Of a DNA stretch of 46,373 nucleotides, positions 9,400 through 20,049 are shown piece by piece (positions within the stretch are counted from its first letter, which is position 1; every line of letters starts with the position of its first letter). Source of the stretch: an uncultured Nitrososphaerota archaeon (GTDB taxonomy: Archaea > Korarchaeota > Korarchaeia > Korarchaeales > Korarchaeaceae); the NCBI GenBank assembly GCA_964618805.1, contig CAZUBM010000017.1:1-46373 (forward strand). Direction: 5' to 3'. The notes beneath the pieces are model-generated. The model was given only the letters and a program-made list of their open reading frames with translations, was not told where the DNA came from and did not search any database. Made by a program: the position numbers and the translations under genes.

Positions 9400-9507
9400 C
9401 AGTAAACCCTCTCTAAACCATATCTTAAATCAATAAATTGTGATGATTTGAAAACGAAGGCAAGCTAAGTTCGATTAATGCATGAAACACGGCATAATAC
9501 CGCCCTT

Positions 9508-10578
9508 TTAATCTTTTCCAAGTTTTTTCATCATATAACGTCCTGAGAGGAAGGCCAAGAGAGAAAACAAGAAGCCCATTGACATTCCTATAACAAAATC
9601 AGTCGGGTCTCTTAAGACGCTGCCCAAGCCTTCATTTCCCGTTTCTAGAGGATACGCTATCTTCAGATCTTTTCTCAACTGATTCATGTTTCCTTCATAG
9701 AAAACGGCTGTGAACCAGGCCTCTTCATCAAACAGCTCAGTTAACCTAAGATCTATCCTAGATATCTCTCCTAAAGATATCTTAAATTGAATTGGCTCTC
9801 TCTCCTTTCCTATCTTATAATATGCCATCTTCATTGAGGATTCGTGCAATAGCTTCTCGCTTACTTTCTCAGTAGTTATTAGAAACAGAGAAATCTTAGT
9901 ATCTCCAGGAATAATGCTGGATATCTTCAATGGATAGTAGAGAAACGGTGTTTTGAATTCATAAAGGATAGGCTCTACGCTTTTCTCATCTGAAACCTCT
10001 ATTATGTCTAGAACGAAGAATCTGAACCCCAAAGAAGTGTACTCATCTATTACTTTCTCAGCGGAGCCAAGATTCAGTACTATGTCTAAACCATTTTTCC
10101 TCAGGAAATCTTGAATCCAATAAGCTAATTCTTCAGAATCTTTTGTTTTAACGACCGTTATATCATGAACACCTATCTTTGCCTTGAATAATATGGTTAC
10201 GCTTTCGTTACTCAAAGCAACTATGTCCTTCTGCCTATAACCCTGAATCTTTGGGGCGTGCTCAAATATGAGTTCGTTAACCGCTTCAAAGGACTCAAAA
10301 CTTCCTTTCTCGATTCTTTCAGGATTTGAGGGCAAGGGTAAGATCTCCAAGACTTTAGTTTTTTGTGAAGAATACACATCAGTTGACAGAATAAGGACTT
10401 CTGTCTTTCCATTCCAAGCTATAATCGCCTTCTGACTTGGCTCGTATATCAATACACTTGGCATTATTGGGATCATGCCTCTATCCGCCTTTAACTGGAG
10501 GGGGCTAAGCAACGAAACAATCCCCAAAATAACTAGTAGAAAAAGCCTGGCCTCTCTTCTCAAGGATAACATCTTCAA
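9508..10578 (-). CDS. DUF2330-like secreted, C-terminally anchored protein
   Basis: Signal peptide then DRGMIP...EPSQKAIIAW, ILPLPS.P and YYPLKISS; C-terminal TM helix. Confidence 0.65.
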   Translation of the reverse strand: MKMLSLRREARLFLLVILGIVSLLSPLQLKADRGMIPIMPSVLIYEPSQKAIIAWNGKTEVLILSTDVYSSQKTKVLEILPLPSNPERIEKGSFESFEAVNELIFEHAPKIQGYRQKDIVALSNESVTILFKAKIGVHDITVVKTKDSEELAYWIQDFLRKNGLDIVLNLGSAEKVIDEYTSLGFRFFVLDIIEVSDEKSVEPILYEFKTPFLYYPLKISSIIPGDTKISLFLITTEKVSEKLLHESSMKMAYYKIGKEREPIQFKISLGEISRIDLRLTELFDEEAWFTAVFYEGNMNQLRKDLKIAYPLETGNEGLGSVLRDPTDFVIGMSMGFLFSLLAFLSGRYMMKKLGKD

Positions 10579-10686
10579 AGTAAAGAGGAACGTACCTCCT
10601 TTTAAAACAAATCCATTTACTTCGACAGATATTGAAGTACTCCTTGGACTAGCAGGATTTATTTATGTAGAACTATTTTTGAGCGA

Positions 10687-11516
10687 ATGTCTTACCCAAG
10701 ATACGTTACTCCCAACTTCAAACCATTTGACCCGTTAGACCTAGCTAAGAGAACTGAAAGGATAATAGGAAAGCAGAAAGATGGGAGATGGTTAAGAAAA
10801 TACGATAAATTCTCTGTTGCTGGGGTATACAGGGGAATATCAACTGGATATGCAGTTGGTTGCTGTTTAAGATGCATCTTTTGTTGGGTAAGCTTTTCTA
10901 GAGACTTTCCTGAAAAGTATGGAAGGTTCTATTCGGCTGAAGAAGCCTTCAAGAAAATGAGCGATAATGCTAGGAGTAGAGGAATCAGAAAACTTAGAAT
11001 CTCTGGAGGAGAGCCCACGTTAGTTCGAGTCACCTTTTACAAGTTCTGGAGCTAGTTGAGGAATCTGAGTTCCCCCTATTCATATTGGAGACAAATGGGA
11101 TATTGTTCGGTGCCGATAAGGGCTATGTACGGCAAATTTCCAAATATAAGAAAGTTCATGTAAGAATCTCCCTCAAAGCTGGCACTCCAGAAGATTTTAC
11201 AAGAAAAACTGGAGCAAAACCTGAAGCATTTGATCTCCCTTTTAAATCTATACAAAATCTCCTTGATTACGGAGTTTCCTTTCATGTGGCAGCTATGATA
11301 GGAGATCCAAGGATAGTTACAAAGAGGGAAAGACTAGCGTTCATGGAAAAGTTGGCAGAAATAGATCCAAAGCTACTCATAGAGCTCGAAGAGGAAGTAG
11401 TTGATCCCTATTCAACTACGCTGAGAAGACTTGAACTAGCCGGTTACAAGCTAGAGTGGCCCCTTAGAAAGATTTATGCGCCGATAAGCAGATTGATAAG
11501 AGAAAGAAAGTTTTAG
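10687..11516 (+). pseudogene. Radical SAM protein (COG5014-like) split by a -1 frameshift near 11025-11030
   Basis: ORF1 carries CLRCIFC (CxxxCxxC) and RISGGEPTL. The next frame continues HLLQVLELVE..FILETNGI...VHVRISLK, so the two ORFs form one domain. Confidence 0.85.
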
Positions 11517-11572
11517 CTTATGTTATTTGAAATTAATCTCCTAGATCAAGTAAGAAGACTCTTTTTCCTAGC

Positions 11573-12778
11573 CTATTTTTGTGTCATTTCTTCTCCTTTG
11601 AACAGGATATAAAAAGTTACTACGTATATAGTGTAAAGCGCAGAGGTTATGAAGACGGGAAGATCTAAGCTCACATAGTCCATTAAAAATCCCCCAATTC
11701 TATTGGATATAGCATTTGGTAAGTTCCAAGCCATCTGGGATAGGGAAGAAACCGAGCCCCTCTCTTCTTCTGGGGTCAATTTCATCATTAATGCCTGAAT
11801 AAGGGGATTTGACATGTTCATAAGCAAAGTTCTGGGAATGTATAGTGCCGCTGCCAGATTAAAGCTCGGAGAAAATGGGATCAAGGCGAGCAAAGGTATA
11901 GAGATGAGCTGCGGTATTATTACTCCCTTGACTGTGCCTATTGCAGAGGAGAGGGGAGCACTTGCTAAATAGGCAGGAGCGCCAAGAATGTTGGAAAGTG
12001 CATAAAGAGTGCCTATAGGTCCCGATTCAACATTAAACTTCATGCTTAGATAGTACCCAAATAATTGAATGGAAAAACCAGCTCCAAGACCTACAAGGGC
12101 ATTAGTTATGATAAACTTAAGGGCCACCTTTCCAGCTCTAAACCTTAGCTCTCTAGAAGTAGGCTCAAATCTTTCCTTTACAAGAATCAATGGGATATTT
12201 GACAGTAGCTGTGCAGCTATGGGTACGTAAAGGAAGATCCTGTAAGCATTGAAGTAAGTCAGGCCAACCTTTGAGACTAGGAACTCTGGTATCCATCCTA
12301 GGATATTTCCAGTAGCAAAACAGATGTTTCCAAGGAATGCACCCAAACCATATCCAGCTTCCATACCAGATTCTTCAACAGTTTCGGCAAAGAGGGCATT
12401 CCACGAGGGCCCTGAGATAGCCCAAGAAATCCCTCCAATTAACGCTGAAATAAGGAGAGAAGTCATTGAAACAGATAACAAGATGATAAGAGTTGAAATT
12501 ACTCCTAAAAATCCTCCTAATACTAGCAGGCCTCTCCTCTTAACCCTATCAGCGATAAAACCACATGGAATGATTAGGAGGGTCATAGAAATGCTTTGTA
12601 CTAAAGAATATGTTCCAATCTCCAACCCTCCGTAGCCAGCAGATTTCAAATAGAGTTGCCAAATAACTGCATAGATTCCAAAAGATATGTTCCATATGCT
12701 CGAACTAGTCAAGAGTAGTTTTGCATCTTTGCCAATCGAATAGTACTCTGACAAGAACTTTTTAATGCTCTCTGTCAT
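11573..12778 (-). CDS. MFS transporter
   Basis: About 12 hydrophobic segments, GFIADRVKRR motif A, and P.EERG. Confidence 0.92.
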   Translation of the reverse strand: MTESIKKFLSEYYSIGKDAKLLLTSSSIWNISFGIYAVIWQLYLKSAGYGGLEIGTYSLVQSISMTLLIIPCGFIADRVKRRGLLVLGGFLGVISTLIILLSVSMTSLLISALIGGISWAISGPSWNALFAETVEESGMEAGYGLGAFLGNICFATGNILGWIPEFLVSKVGLTYFNAYRIFLYVPIAAQLLSNIPLILVKERFEPTSRELRFRAGKVALKFIITNALVGLGAGFSIQLFGYYLSMKFNVESGPIGTLYALSNILGAPAYLASAPLSSAIGTVKGVIIPQLISIPLLALIPFSPSFNLAAALYIPRTLLMNMSNPLIQALMMKLTPEEERGSVSSLSQMAWNLPNAISNRIGGFLMDYVSLDLPVFITSALYTIYVVTFYILFKGEEMTQK

Positions 12779-13043
12779 TGGAAGCCCTCTTTTTAAGAGT
12801 AGGTCCTTATTTTAATTCCGACACACATAGATTAATCACAAGACGTGAGTATTCTTCTAGATCAAGTTTTAGTATAAAAACAAAGACTTGCAATCAGTTA
12901 AAGTCTCTATGATTCATTAGGCCTAAATTCGAGTGAAAGTTTGGCTTTGATGCATTTTTGTAGGGATGGAAGCAGCGATGCTGCGGGATATCAAGATAGT
13001 TATTACGTAAAACTTAATCTTCTACGTCCTTTCTCCCTTACTT

Positions 13044-13883
13044 ATGGTTATTATTAGGGAGGCTAGGCCATCAGACAGAAGACAGGTAGCTGAATTTACC
13101 TCGCATACATGGAGATGGGGAGATTACATCATGTCAGTTTGGGAGAATTGGATAAGCGATACAAAAGGCAAACTACTAGTTGCAGAGGAAGATAACAAGG
13201 TTATTGGACTAATGCGCCTTTCCCTAAGACCTGAAGGCGAAGCCTATCTTGCAGGAGCTAGAGTTCATCCTAAGTTTAGAAGGAAGGGTGTAGCTACTGC
13301 CTTGACAAAAAGCTGTATAGATTATGCCAGAGCTTCCGGAGCAAGATTTGTTAGCTTAGCCACAAGTTCTAAGAACATTCCAGCAATCTCTCTCGTTGAG
13401 AAGTTGGGCTTCACTCTAGCCCAGGAGTTGGTCGAAGTTGAGGCTTGGCCTAAGAAATCAGCGCAACCAAGCGGAATCAGGAGAATGAAAGTGGAAGAGA
13501 TAGAAGATGTGATGGGATGGATCAGAAACAGGATTAATTGCCGCCCAGTTAAGTTCAAGTTCTTCGAATGGTCCACTCTAAGGTTAGATGATCTGAGGAA
13601 TTATTCTGAGGAGGGGTTTGCAGTTATTCATGGTGAGATGAACGGAATAGCCCTCTATCAACCTTATAGCACTCAATTTCCGTTCATTATGATAGACTTT
13701 TTCCTTGGAGACAAAAAGGCTTCAGAGGAGCTAGGCCTTTTCCTTAGAAAAGAAGCAAGCGTTTTTGGATGTAAACAAGTTTGGGGAGCCATAAAACATG
13801 ATAAAGAAGCTATTTCTGGCCTTAAAAAGGCTGGATTTAGGGTGAAGAAGGGAGGGATGAGAATATACGAAATGAAACTTTAA
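13044..13883 (+). CDS. GNAT family N-acetyltransferase
   Basis: RVHPKFRRKGVATAL acetyl-CoA motif and N.PAI.L.EKLGF. Confidence 0.9.
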   Translation: MVIIREARPSDRRQVAEFTSHTWRWGDYIMSVWENWISDTKGKLLVAEEDNKVIGLMRLSLRPEGEAYLAGARVHPKFRRKGVATALTKSCIDYARASGARFVSLATSSKNIPAISLVEKLGFTLAQELVEVEAWPKKSAQPSGIRRMKVEEIEDVMGWIRNRINCRPVKFKFFEWSTLRLDDLRNYSEEGFAVIHGEMNGIALYQPYSTQFPFIMIDFFLGDKKASEELGLFLRKEASVFGCKQVWGAIKHDKEAISGLKKAGFRVKKGGMRIYEMKL

Positions 13884-13902
13884 CTTCTAACTGCTTTCTT
13901 CT

Positions 13903-15390
13903 CTATCCGTACATCTCTCTTAAGAGCTGAGAAGCTGTCTTCATGGCCTTTCTAGGATATTGCCATAATTCTGTCTCACAGAATACAGGGAACCAGAAGG
14001 GAGATGCGGCTCCCATCAAAAAGCCCACATGAGTCTCGAGGTTTGGTAATATCTCCCTTAGCCTCCATATGGAATAACCTGTAACCCCGCTAACTTGGTC
14101 ATGATCAGCACTACTCATTAATCTAAAGCATATGTGGGTGTTGCACTGTGCTAGGACAGCTTTGGCTACATAAGCAGGCCTTTGGGTCATTATTATGAAT
14201 CCAACATTGTATCCGCCTAGCTGAGACACTCCCATCGATAAGGCGGTGAGAGAACCGTTTCCCCATGGATCCCCATATGTAGGCATCCCTTTTTCCGGAG
14301 CGAAGAACTGTGCTTCTTCAATAACGTTTATGCAGGTGAAATCCTCCCCTCTTGTTGCAACAGCTCTTGAGAATAGTCTACCTACAATGTGCGAGAAAGC
14401 TATCTGCTGCCTCCCTATGTCTGCATCTATGCTGAAATCGATTATAACGACAGGATTCTCCTTTATAAGTTGGATTAGGTCAATCTCTCCCTTCCCGCTC
14501 TGGGATAGGATTTCCAACTCTTTCTTAGCTTTAGGAGACTTCAAAATGTACTCAACTCTTCCCTTAACATCTGCTCTCATCTTCAGAGCTTCAAGTTCTT
14601 CGAGAATCGCCTCGGGCGTGATCGTGCTACCTTTCTCCATTAAAATCTCAATTGCTGTCTTAACATCTCTAAATGCTGAAGATTTGGGGTTCAGTCCTAA
14701 TCTTAACGTAATCTCGTCAGGACTAACAGCCCCAGAGAGAAAGGAGTTATATCCAAATCTAACTCCATATCCAGCATCTATTAGCGGAGAATATTCTCCA
14801 TACCTATCATATATCACAAATCTGGCGGGTGGATCATTGTCAACTGCTGATTTTATCAGCCTAAGAACAAAACTTGTTTTTCCACTCCTAGTTTGGCCAT
14901 AAACTCCAAGATGCCCTTTTGTAATCCAATCAAGGCTTAGGGAGATTGGAAGGTTTGAAAAAGGGTCCTTTCCAACGAAAATCTGGATACCTTCCTGTGC
15001 TTGAAGGAATGGCTTAATCCAATCCTCAGTACACTTGTAAACCTTCGAATTTGGGGCGATAGGGAAGTCTGGGGGCCTAAATCTCCCCTCTTTGATGTAA
15101 CCTAGAACTTCTGCTTTCATAAGAGCTACTTCCTGCTCTCTTCCTATCTCAAAACCGCTCTTGGCGATTACGGCTCCTATTCCCTTCGGACTAACTGTTG
15201 GGTTCTGAACAGAGCCGGTTATCACCCTACAGAGGCAAAAAACATCCTCAAGTGGATGTTTTACAAGGCAGTACTCCTTCGCCCTTATCTCCTTATTTTC
15301 GTTTAATGCAAATGTGAACTCATCTACTTGAGAAGGGCTTACAACTCTGCCCACTTCTTCTAATTCGCTACTATAGCTCAAATTCCTCAC
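13903..15390 (-). CDS. HerA-family ATPase with N-terminal HAS barrel
   Basis: HLGVYGQTRSGKT Walker A, VIEEAQFF Walker B, TQRPA and QCNT motifs; overlaps the upstream nurA-like gene. Confidence 0.9.
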   Translation of the reverse strand: MRNLSYSSELEEVGRVVSPSQVDEFTFALNENKEIRAKEYCLVKHPLEDVFCLCRVITGSVQNPTVSPKGIGAVIAKSGFEIGREQEVALMKAEVLGYIKEGRFRPPDFPIAPNSKVYKCTEDWIKPFLQAQEGIQIFVGKDPFSNLPISLSLDWITKGHLGVYGQTRSGKTSFVLRLIKSAVDNDPPARFVIYDRYGEYSPLIDAGYGVRFGYNSFLSGAVSPDEITLRLGLNPKSSAFRDVKTAIEILMEKGSTITPEAILEELEALKMRADVKGRVEYILKSPKAKKELEILSQSGKGEIDLIQLIKENPVVIIDFSIDADIGRQQIAFSHIVGRLFSRAVATRGEDFTCINVIEEAQFFAPEKGMPTYGDPWGNGSLTALSMGVSQLGGYNVGFIIMTQRPAYVAKAVLAQCNTHICFRLMSSADHDQVSGVTGYSIWRLREILPNLETHVGFLMGAASPFWFPVFCETELWQYPRKAMKTASQLLREMYG

Positions 15391-16501
15391 CTCTCATAGG
15401 TCTCATAGCTCCAACAAGTCTCGGATTCTCTTTAATGAGCCTTGCTAGCATTTCTCCATATATTATTTTCAGTAAATCTGACCCCACACCAGCTAATTCA
15501 TCAGCCTTGAATATATGGACTGGCACTCCGTCTACAGGATTTGCCTTAGAAGTCTCCAGTACAACGCTTGCGATCTCAATTGGATCAACCCAATATGGGA
15601 TTTCTAGTCTTAGGGGACCTCTGGCTGCTGTAGTTTTCAGATAAGCCACTCTTATGAAGCCTTCGGTTGTTGGACCCTCTATGGAAAAGTTTCCCAATTC
15701 CCTATATCTTGACGCATAATAAAGGAGAGCAGGATGGCCTACTCCAGCTTTTGGAGCGCCCCAAAGCCTTTTTGGAAGCATTGGACCGATCATGTCTCCT
15801 ACGTTCATTAGATGATCTAAGATAGCGGCATCCCTCTTTGAAGGAGAGATCAGTTGAGCAGCAGGTCTCTTCACAACTCCAGCCACAGCTATTTCCCTCT
15901 TATAACACTCGTCTAGGAGGTAAAGCAAGGCATCTATGCATGCATCCCTGTCGTTTATGTAGTTTGTACCTCTGTCGAGATCAACCTCACCTTCTTCCCG
16001 GCCCTCACTTAAATAAGGAGGCCTTAACAGTAAGTTTCCGTCGAGCAAAAGGACATCCGGATTTCTTTTCTCAACAACAGAAATCGCTATCTGATATACT
16101 AAGCGTTGTTCTAACAAGGATAGCCAAGTTGGCCCCCTAAACGATAGAAGTCTAAAAACATGCCCATCGCTCAAGGGGGAGGGATCTACAACGTTATAGA
16201 TCCTTCCAGTGTAGGCAACCGCAGTAGCTATACCAAAATAAAAACCCTCGAGTTCCTTTCCATTGTGACCCCCATCAACTGCGCTAACAACAAGTTCTGG
16301 ATCCGGTTTCTTCTCTATTCTTTTAAAGGAGAGATGCTCTAAAGCCAAACAAGGTGTAGTATCTTCTCTCATTTGAGCTGGAGGGAGAGAAGACAATTGC
16401 TTCAAGAGTTTTTCGAAGAGCATCGGGAAAGGTTGACTGGAAATCTTTTCTCTTTCAAAGACGCTTGAAAGCACAGAAGGTAATTCTTCTTCTTTGCCCA
16501 T
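15371..16501 (-). CDS. NurA-family nuclease
   Basis: SAVDGG, LLLDGNL, GVVKR and RLEIP motifs; coupled to the HerA-like gene. Confidence 0.85.
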   Translation of the reverse strand: MGKEEELPSVLSSVFEREKISSQPFPMLFEKLLKQLSSLPPAQMREDTTPCLALEHLSFKRIEKKPDPELVVSAVDGGHNGKELEGFYFGIATAVAYTGRIYNVVDPSPLSDGHVFRLLSFRGPTWLSLLEQRLVYQIAISVVEKRNPDVLLLDGNLLLRPPYLSEGREEGEVDLDRGTNYINDRDACIDALLYLLDECYKREIAVAGVVKRPAAQLISPSKRDAAILDHLMNVGDMIGPMLPKRLWGAPKAGVGHPALLYYASRYRELGNFSIEGPTTEGFIRVAYLKTTAARGPLRLEIPYWVDPIEIASVVLETSKANPVDGVPVHIFKADELAGVGSDLLKIIYGEMLARLIKENPRLVGAMRPMRGEEFEL

Positions 16502-16685
16502 TAAGAGATTTGAGAGCAGTGAGCCCTTATAAAAGCATATACTCAGCCCGAAAATATAGTTTAATAAAGCTGACCTCTTTTGAACGAGGCTTCAAAAACT
16601 ACCGTCCTCAAATGCTACATACTTTAGCATTATCACCATAGCTTAACAGATGTGAGATTACCAAAAATTAGGACTTTTTAGAATC

Positions 16686-17537
16686 TTAATGGTTTGACCT
16701 GGACATAAGCTTGATCCCTTCGAATATATCCTTATACCCCAATTCTATTAGGCTAAGCTCTTTTGCGGAGGCCTTCTCATCCGACTCAAAGCTATAACCT
16801 CGGATTATGGCTACTGGAATCTTCTCTGTGGTCTGCCCTATTACAAGCTCGGCAGCGCCAGCTATCTCATCTGCAACAGCTTGCATCTTAAACCTAAGCC
16901 TATATCCATATGCATCCATCTTTCTCTTGTAATCTTTCACTGGCTTCATGCCAGAAACTCCTATAGCCATATCGATTTGGGCGTACCTGTGAGGTCTGCT
17001 GTACGTGTCGCTTATCACAACCGCAAGCTTTTTTCCCGTAAGCCTCTCCAAGTCCTCTCTTAATCTCTTAGCCTCTTTGTCCGGATCTCTAGGAAGAGCC
17101 GCGCATATCCTAGGGTTTCCACATACGTTGGATCTGTCAATGCCTGCATTGAGGCAGATGTGGCCAAAACGCGTTTCAGTAATTATGTAAGGAGGTCTGA
17201 CCTTAACTATCCTCCTTGCTTCCCTTAATATGAGCTCAACGAATTCCGGATCTTTTCTTGTCTTTCGGGCAATTTCTTTTGCTTTTTCCGATGGCTTAAT
17301 TTCATTTAGATTAAACACCAAGCCCAGAGATTTACTCACGATCTTGTGAGTTATCACGATGATATCGCCGTCTTCTATGCCAACTCCTTCTCTCATGGCT
17401 GCATCTACTATGATCTTTGCCAAGTCATCTCCGGCTTTAATGTCCGGAATCGTTTCAAGCCCTATCACTTGCACCTTCTTTGCCATCTTGCGATGCCCTC
17501 CAATGGAATCTAAAAATGTGAGCCACCCCGTTTTCAA
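16686..17537 (-). CDS. cofE: Coenzyme F420-0:L-glutamate ligase
   Basis: P.IKAGDDLA, HKIVSKS, NAGIDRSN, ISDT..RP.R and ADEIA.AA.LV.G motifs. The likely start is MAKKVQ at about 17486. Confidence 0.92.
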   Translation of the reverse strand: MKTGWLTFLDSIGGHRKMAKKVQVIGLETIPDIKAGDDLAKIIVDAAMREGVGIEDGDIIVITHKIVSKSLGLVFNLNEIKPSEKAKEIARKTRKDPEFVELILREARRIVKVRPPYIITETRFGHICLNAGIDRSNVCGNPRICAALPRDPDKEAKRLREDLERLTGKKLAVVISDTYSRPHRYAQIDMAIGVSGMKPVKDYKRKMDAYGYRLRFKMQAVADEIAGAAELVIGQTTEKIPVAIIRGYSFESDEKASAKELSLIELGYKDIFEGIKLMSRSNH

Positions 17538-17589
17538 GCAAAAATCAATCTTAAGAACCTAGGTTCTTCTTGACGTTTTTGTTAAGAAC

Positions 17590-19461
17590 TTAGGTAGATT
17601 TTGAGGTCCAACCGGCCTTCTCTAAGTCTTCCGCTATCGACATGAAGTCCTCCCATTTGCAACCCTTCACTTCTGATGCTACTAGCCTCCAAGCATCAGA
17701 AAGATCTCTTTTCCCATCTAAGACAAAGTAGAGGATATCTGCTATTTCTGCAAGATCTCCTCTCAAGAGGTATTGCCTAGCTCTGTCCTTTGGGAGGGCA
17801 GCTATGAACCTACGCCGATGCAAGGGACAAGCCTTATTTCTGGAGTAGATCAACCCAACCTTCTTCTTTGCCTCTGGTTTTGGTATCCCCGATTCTCTGA
17901 CTCCGTCCATCAGTTTGCTAAAAACAGACTCAGCAGCCTTAGCCATATAATCACCAAACTCGCTTCCAAGGATCTTACTCAAACTGAGTACCGCTCTTTT
18001 ATAAGCATCTGGTAGGATCCAAGCTCTATTTGAGCTATACTGCCTATTTTCTCCTAAAAGATCGGAAATCTCCCTGAAACCCTGTCTTACAGCCATAATG
18101 TTGATGTATTTAATTAAGAACTCAGAGTCAATCTTGTTAGAAACAAAGCTGGAGAGAAGAGCAACTGTAGCGACGGAAGCTGAGCTCACAACCGAAAGCG
18201 CAACGAGGTCTAAGTTGTCAGCGAAGTCCATGTCTGTGTGGTAGAACTTGTCAACCCACTCTCCAATGGCTGTTTGTGGTACTCCTACCTCAGGATCGGT
18301 AAAAACATGATGATCACTTCCATCAGCATACTTCTCCATGAAGAGTTTCAAGCCCTTTGGAGCAAGCGATGCCATAACCCGCTCCATCATTCCAAAAGTT
18401 AACAAGGGCATGAAGGATGGAGAGAAAAATGGGAAGCCTATTACAGCAAGATGTCCACCTGTCTTCTCTTGGCTTGCTCCTACCATGTCAAGATTTAGGA
18501 GAGCAACAAGCTGATTTACCAATTCATTATGGGATGAGAGGTGAGCTATTGTCCCGTAGAACTCTGGAACCCACCAAAATCTAAAGCCAAATTTCGGAGT
18601 TATTCTGCCATCTTCTACCAATTTCTTCAGCGCAATGGCTATTTCCATGAGACATGCGCTTCCAGACGCGTTATCATGGCCTCCTGGCTTGGGATGACAG
18701 AGATGGCCAACGAGAAGAATGTCTCTATCAGACTCTCCTGGAATTCTAGCTTCAAGCACCTCTAGATTTCCATTGAAGAACTCAGAATCAACATTGTATC
18801 TTAAAACTACTTTAGAAGACCTCATTTCTAACTTCAGCTTGTTTGCCCATTTCCTTGATATGGAAAAAGCTACTCCTAGGTTCTTGATTTCCTTCTTCAG
18901 TGGCCACAGACCAGTATAAGGGTAGGCATCTGCTGGCGAAGTTTCATTGTAGTAAATCAAGCCCTTTGCTCCTCTTTCAGCTACAGCCATTCTGTGAACC
19001 CATCCAACCCTTCCAGTTGCGAGTACAAGCTTTCCTTCGACATCAACAGGGTACTCTTCATCAAGGATCCCTGAACCTACATTTACTACCTCTGCTTCTT
19101 CCCAACCATTCGTTGGTCTACAATGAGCTATCACCATCGTCGGATGATCGATGAACTTAGAAATCAGCTCCTCCTTCGGTTCCTTTAACCAAAGTTCTGC
19201 GTCTTTAACGTCCCATCCTATAGGAGCTGGCCATCCACCTCCGTATAGCGTTTCTCCGTCTGCTGGATATGCATAAACTTTGGTTTCTATTCCAAGCTCA
19301 TCTAAAACTCCCTTAACATACTCCAATGCTTCATGATATCCTGAGGAGGCTTGTATTCTGTGAAATTTCGATATACTTTGGGCAAACTCCTTTACACGCC
19401 GTCCTGAGACGGCTTTAATTGAGCTTTTAATAAGCTCTGATAAAGCTGGAAAGGGGAACAT
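17590..19461 (-). CDS. M28-family / DUF4910 aminopeptidase-like protein with PA domain
   Basis: FHRIQAS.GY, HLCHP..GGHDNASG, VPEFYG, LNLDMVG, GSDH and FYHTD.D motifs. Confidence 0.88.
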   Translation of the reverse strand: MFPFPALSELIKSSIKAVSGRRVKEFAQSISKFHRIQASSGYHEALEYVKGVLDELGIETKVYAYPADGETLYGGGWPAPIGWDVKDAELWLKEPKEELISKFIDHPTMVIAHCRPTNGWEEAEVVNVGSGILDEEYPVDVEGKLVLATGRVGWVHRMAVAERGAKGLIYYNETSPADAYPYTGLWPLKKEIKNLGVAFSISRKWANKLKLEMRSSKVVLRYNVDSEFFNGNLEVLEARIPGESDRDILLVGHLCHPKPGGHDNASGSACLMEIAIALKKLVEDGRITPKFGFRFWWVPEFYGTIAHLSSHNELVNQLVALLNLDMVGASQEKTGGHLAVIGFPFFSPSFMPLLTFGMMERVMASLAPKGLKLFMEKYADGSDHHVFTDPEVGVPQTAIGEWVDKFYHTDMDFADNLDLVALSVVSSASVATVALLSSFVSNKIDSEFLIKYINIMAVRQGFREISDLLGENRQYSSNRAWILPDAYKRAVLSLSKILGSEFGDYMAKAAESVFSKLMDGVRESGIPKPEAKKKVGLIYSRNKACPLHRRRFIAALPKDRARQYLLRGDLAEIADILYFVLDGKRDLSDAWRLVASEVKGCKWEDFMSIAEDLEKAGWTSKST

Positions 19462-19602
19462 TGAGAAATATTGCTTGGATATCCTTTAATTCTAACATTT
19501 GCCCATGGCCTAAATTGGAGCATATTTACAAAAGGATCATGTATATTCTAAAACAGAACTAGTAAATGCCTCAATGGAGCGGTGGAATTCTATGCAAACC
19601 TT

Positions 19603-20049
19603 TCATTCCATAGAAGCTTGCACATCCTCGAAGAATTCACGGATAAATTTCTCAGCAATTTCGTAAACAAACGTGGCCTGCATCAATGCATTTTCGCCGT
19701 CTTTCCTATCAAAAAGTTCGCTAGCTGGCTTTCCAGCAGCCTCTATCCCATACATGCTTGGACTCCTTTTTTCGGCTAGATTTCTAGATATGCTTGATAT
19801 CTCATCCATATGCATCCTCATCCATTCTGGGAACTTGCTTGAACATGCTTTGAGGATGTCTCCTACGTCATGAACTTTAGGATATTCGATTCCAACAGCT
19901 CTCAAGCAAGCTTTTAAGGATAGTTCAACGCATTCTTGAGAATATCTAACGACCTCAGGATAATCACCCCTACTCAACGCTGATCTAGCATCTATTAGCC
20001 TCGATCTAGCCCTTCTTAGACAGTCTTTCGACATCACGTCGGTTCTCAA
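19603..20049 (-). CDS. HEPN-domain protein (toxin-like, Rx4Y class)
   Basis: SQECVELSLKA, PKVHDV and RSPSMY motifs; 4-nt overlap with the MNT gene. Confidence 0.92.
   Translation of the reverse strand: MRTDVMSKDCLRRARSRLIDARSALSRGDYPEVVRYSQECVELSLKACLRAVGIEYPKVHDVGDILKACSSKFPEWMRMHMDEISSISRNLAEKRSPSMYGIEAAGKPASELFDRKDGENALMQATFVYEIAEKFIREFFEDVQASME

Noticed and set aside
9440-9500. GTGATGA box C candidate for a C/D sRNA
   Set aside because: No CTGA box D at a suitable distance.
12917-12926. Palindrome TTAGGCCTAA resembling the DtxR half-sites
   Set aside because: There is no spacer, the flanking genes are not metal-related, and a 10-bp palindrome is expected by chance.
14246-14902. 218-aa antisense ORF inside herA, and the many other antisense ORFs in the track
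   Set aside because: They are fully nested opposite well-supported genes, with Ser/Pro/Ile-rich antisense composition and no motifs.
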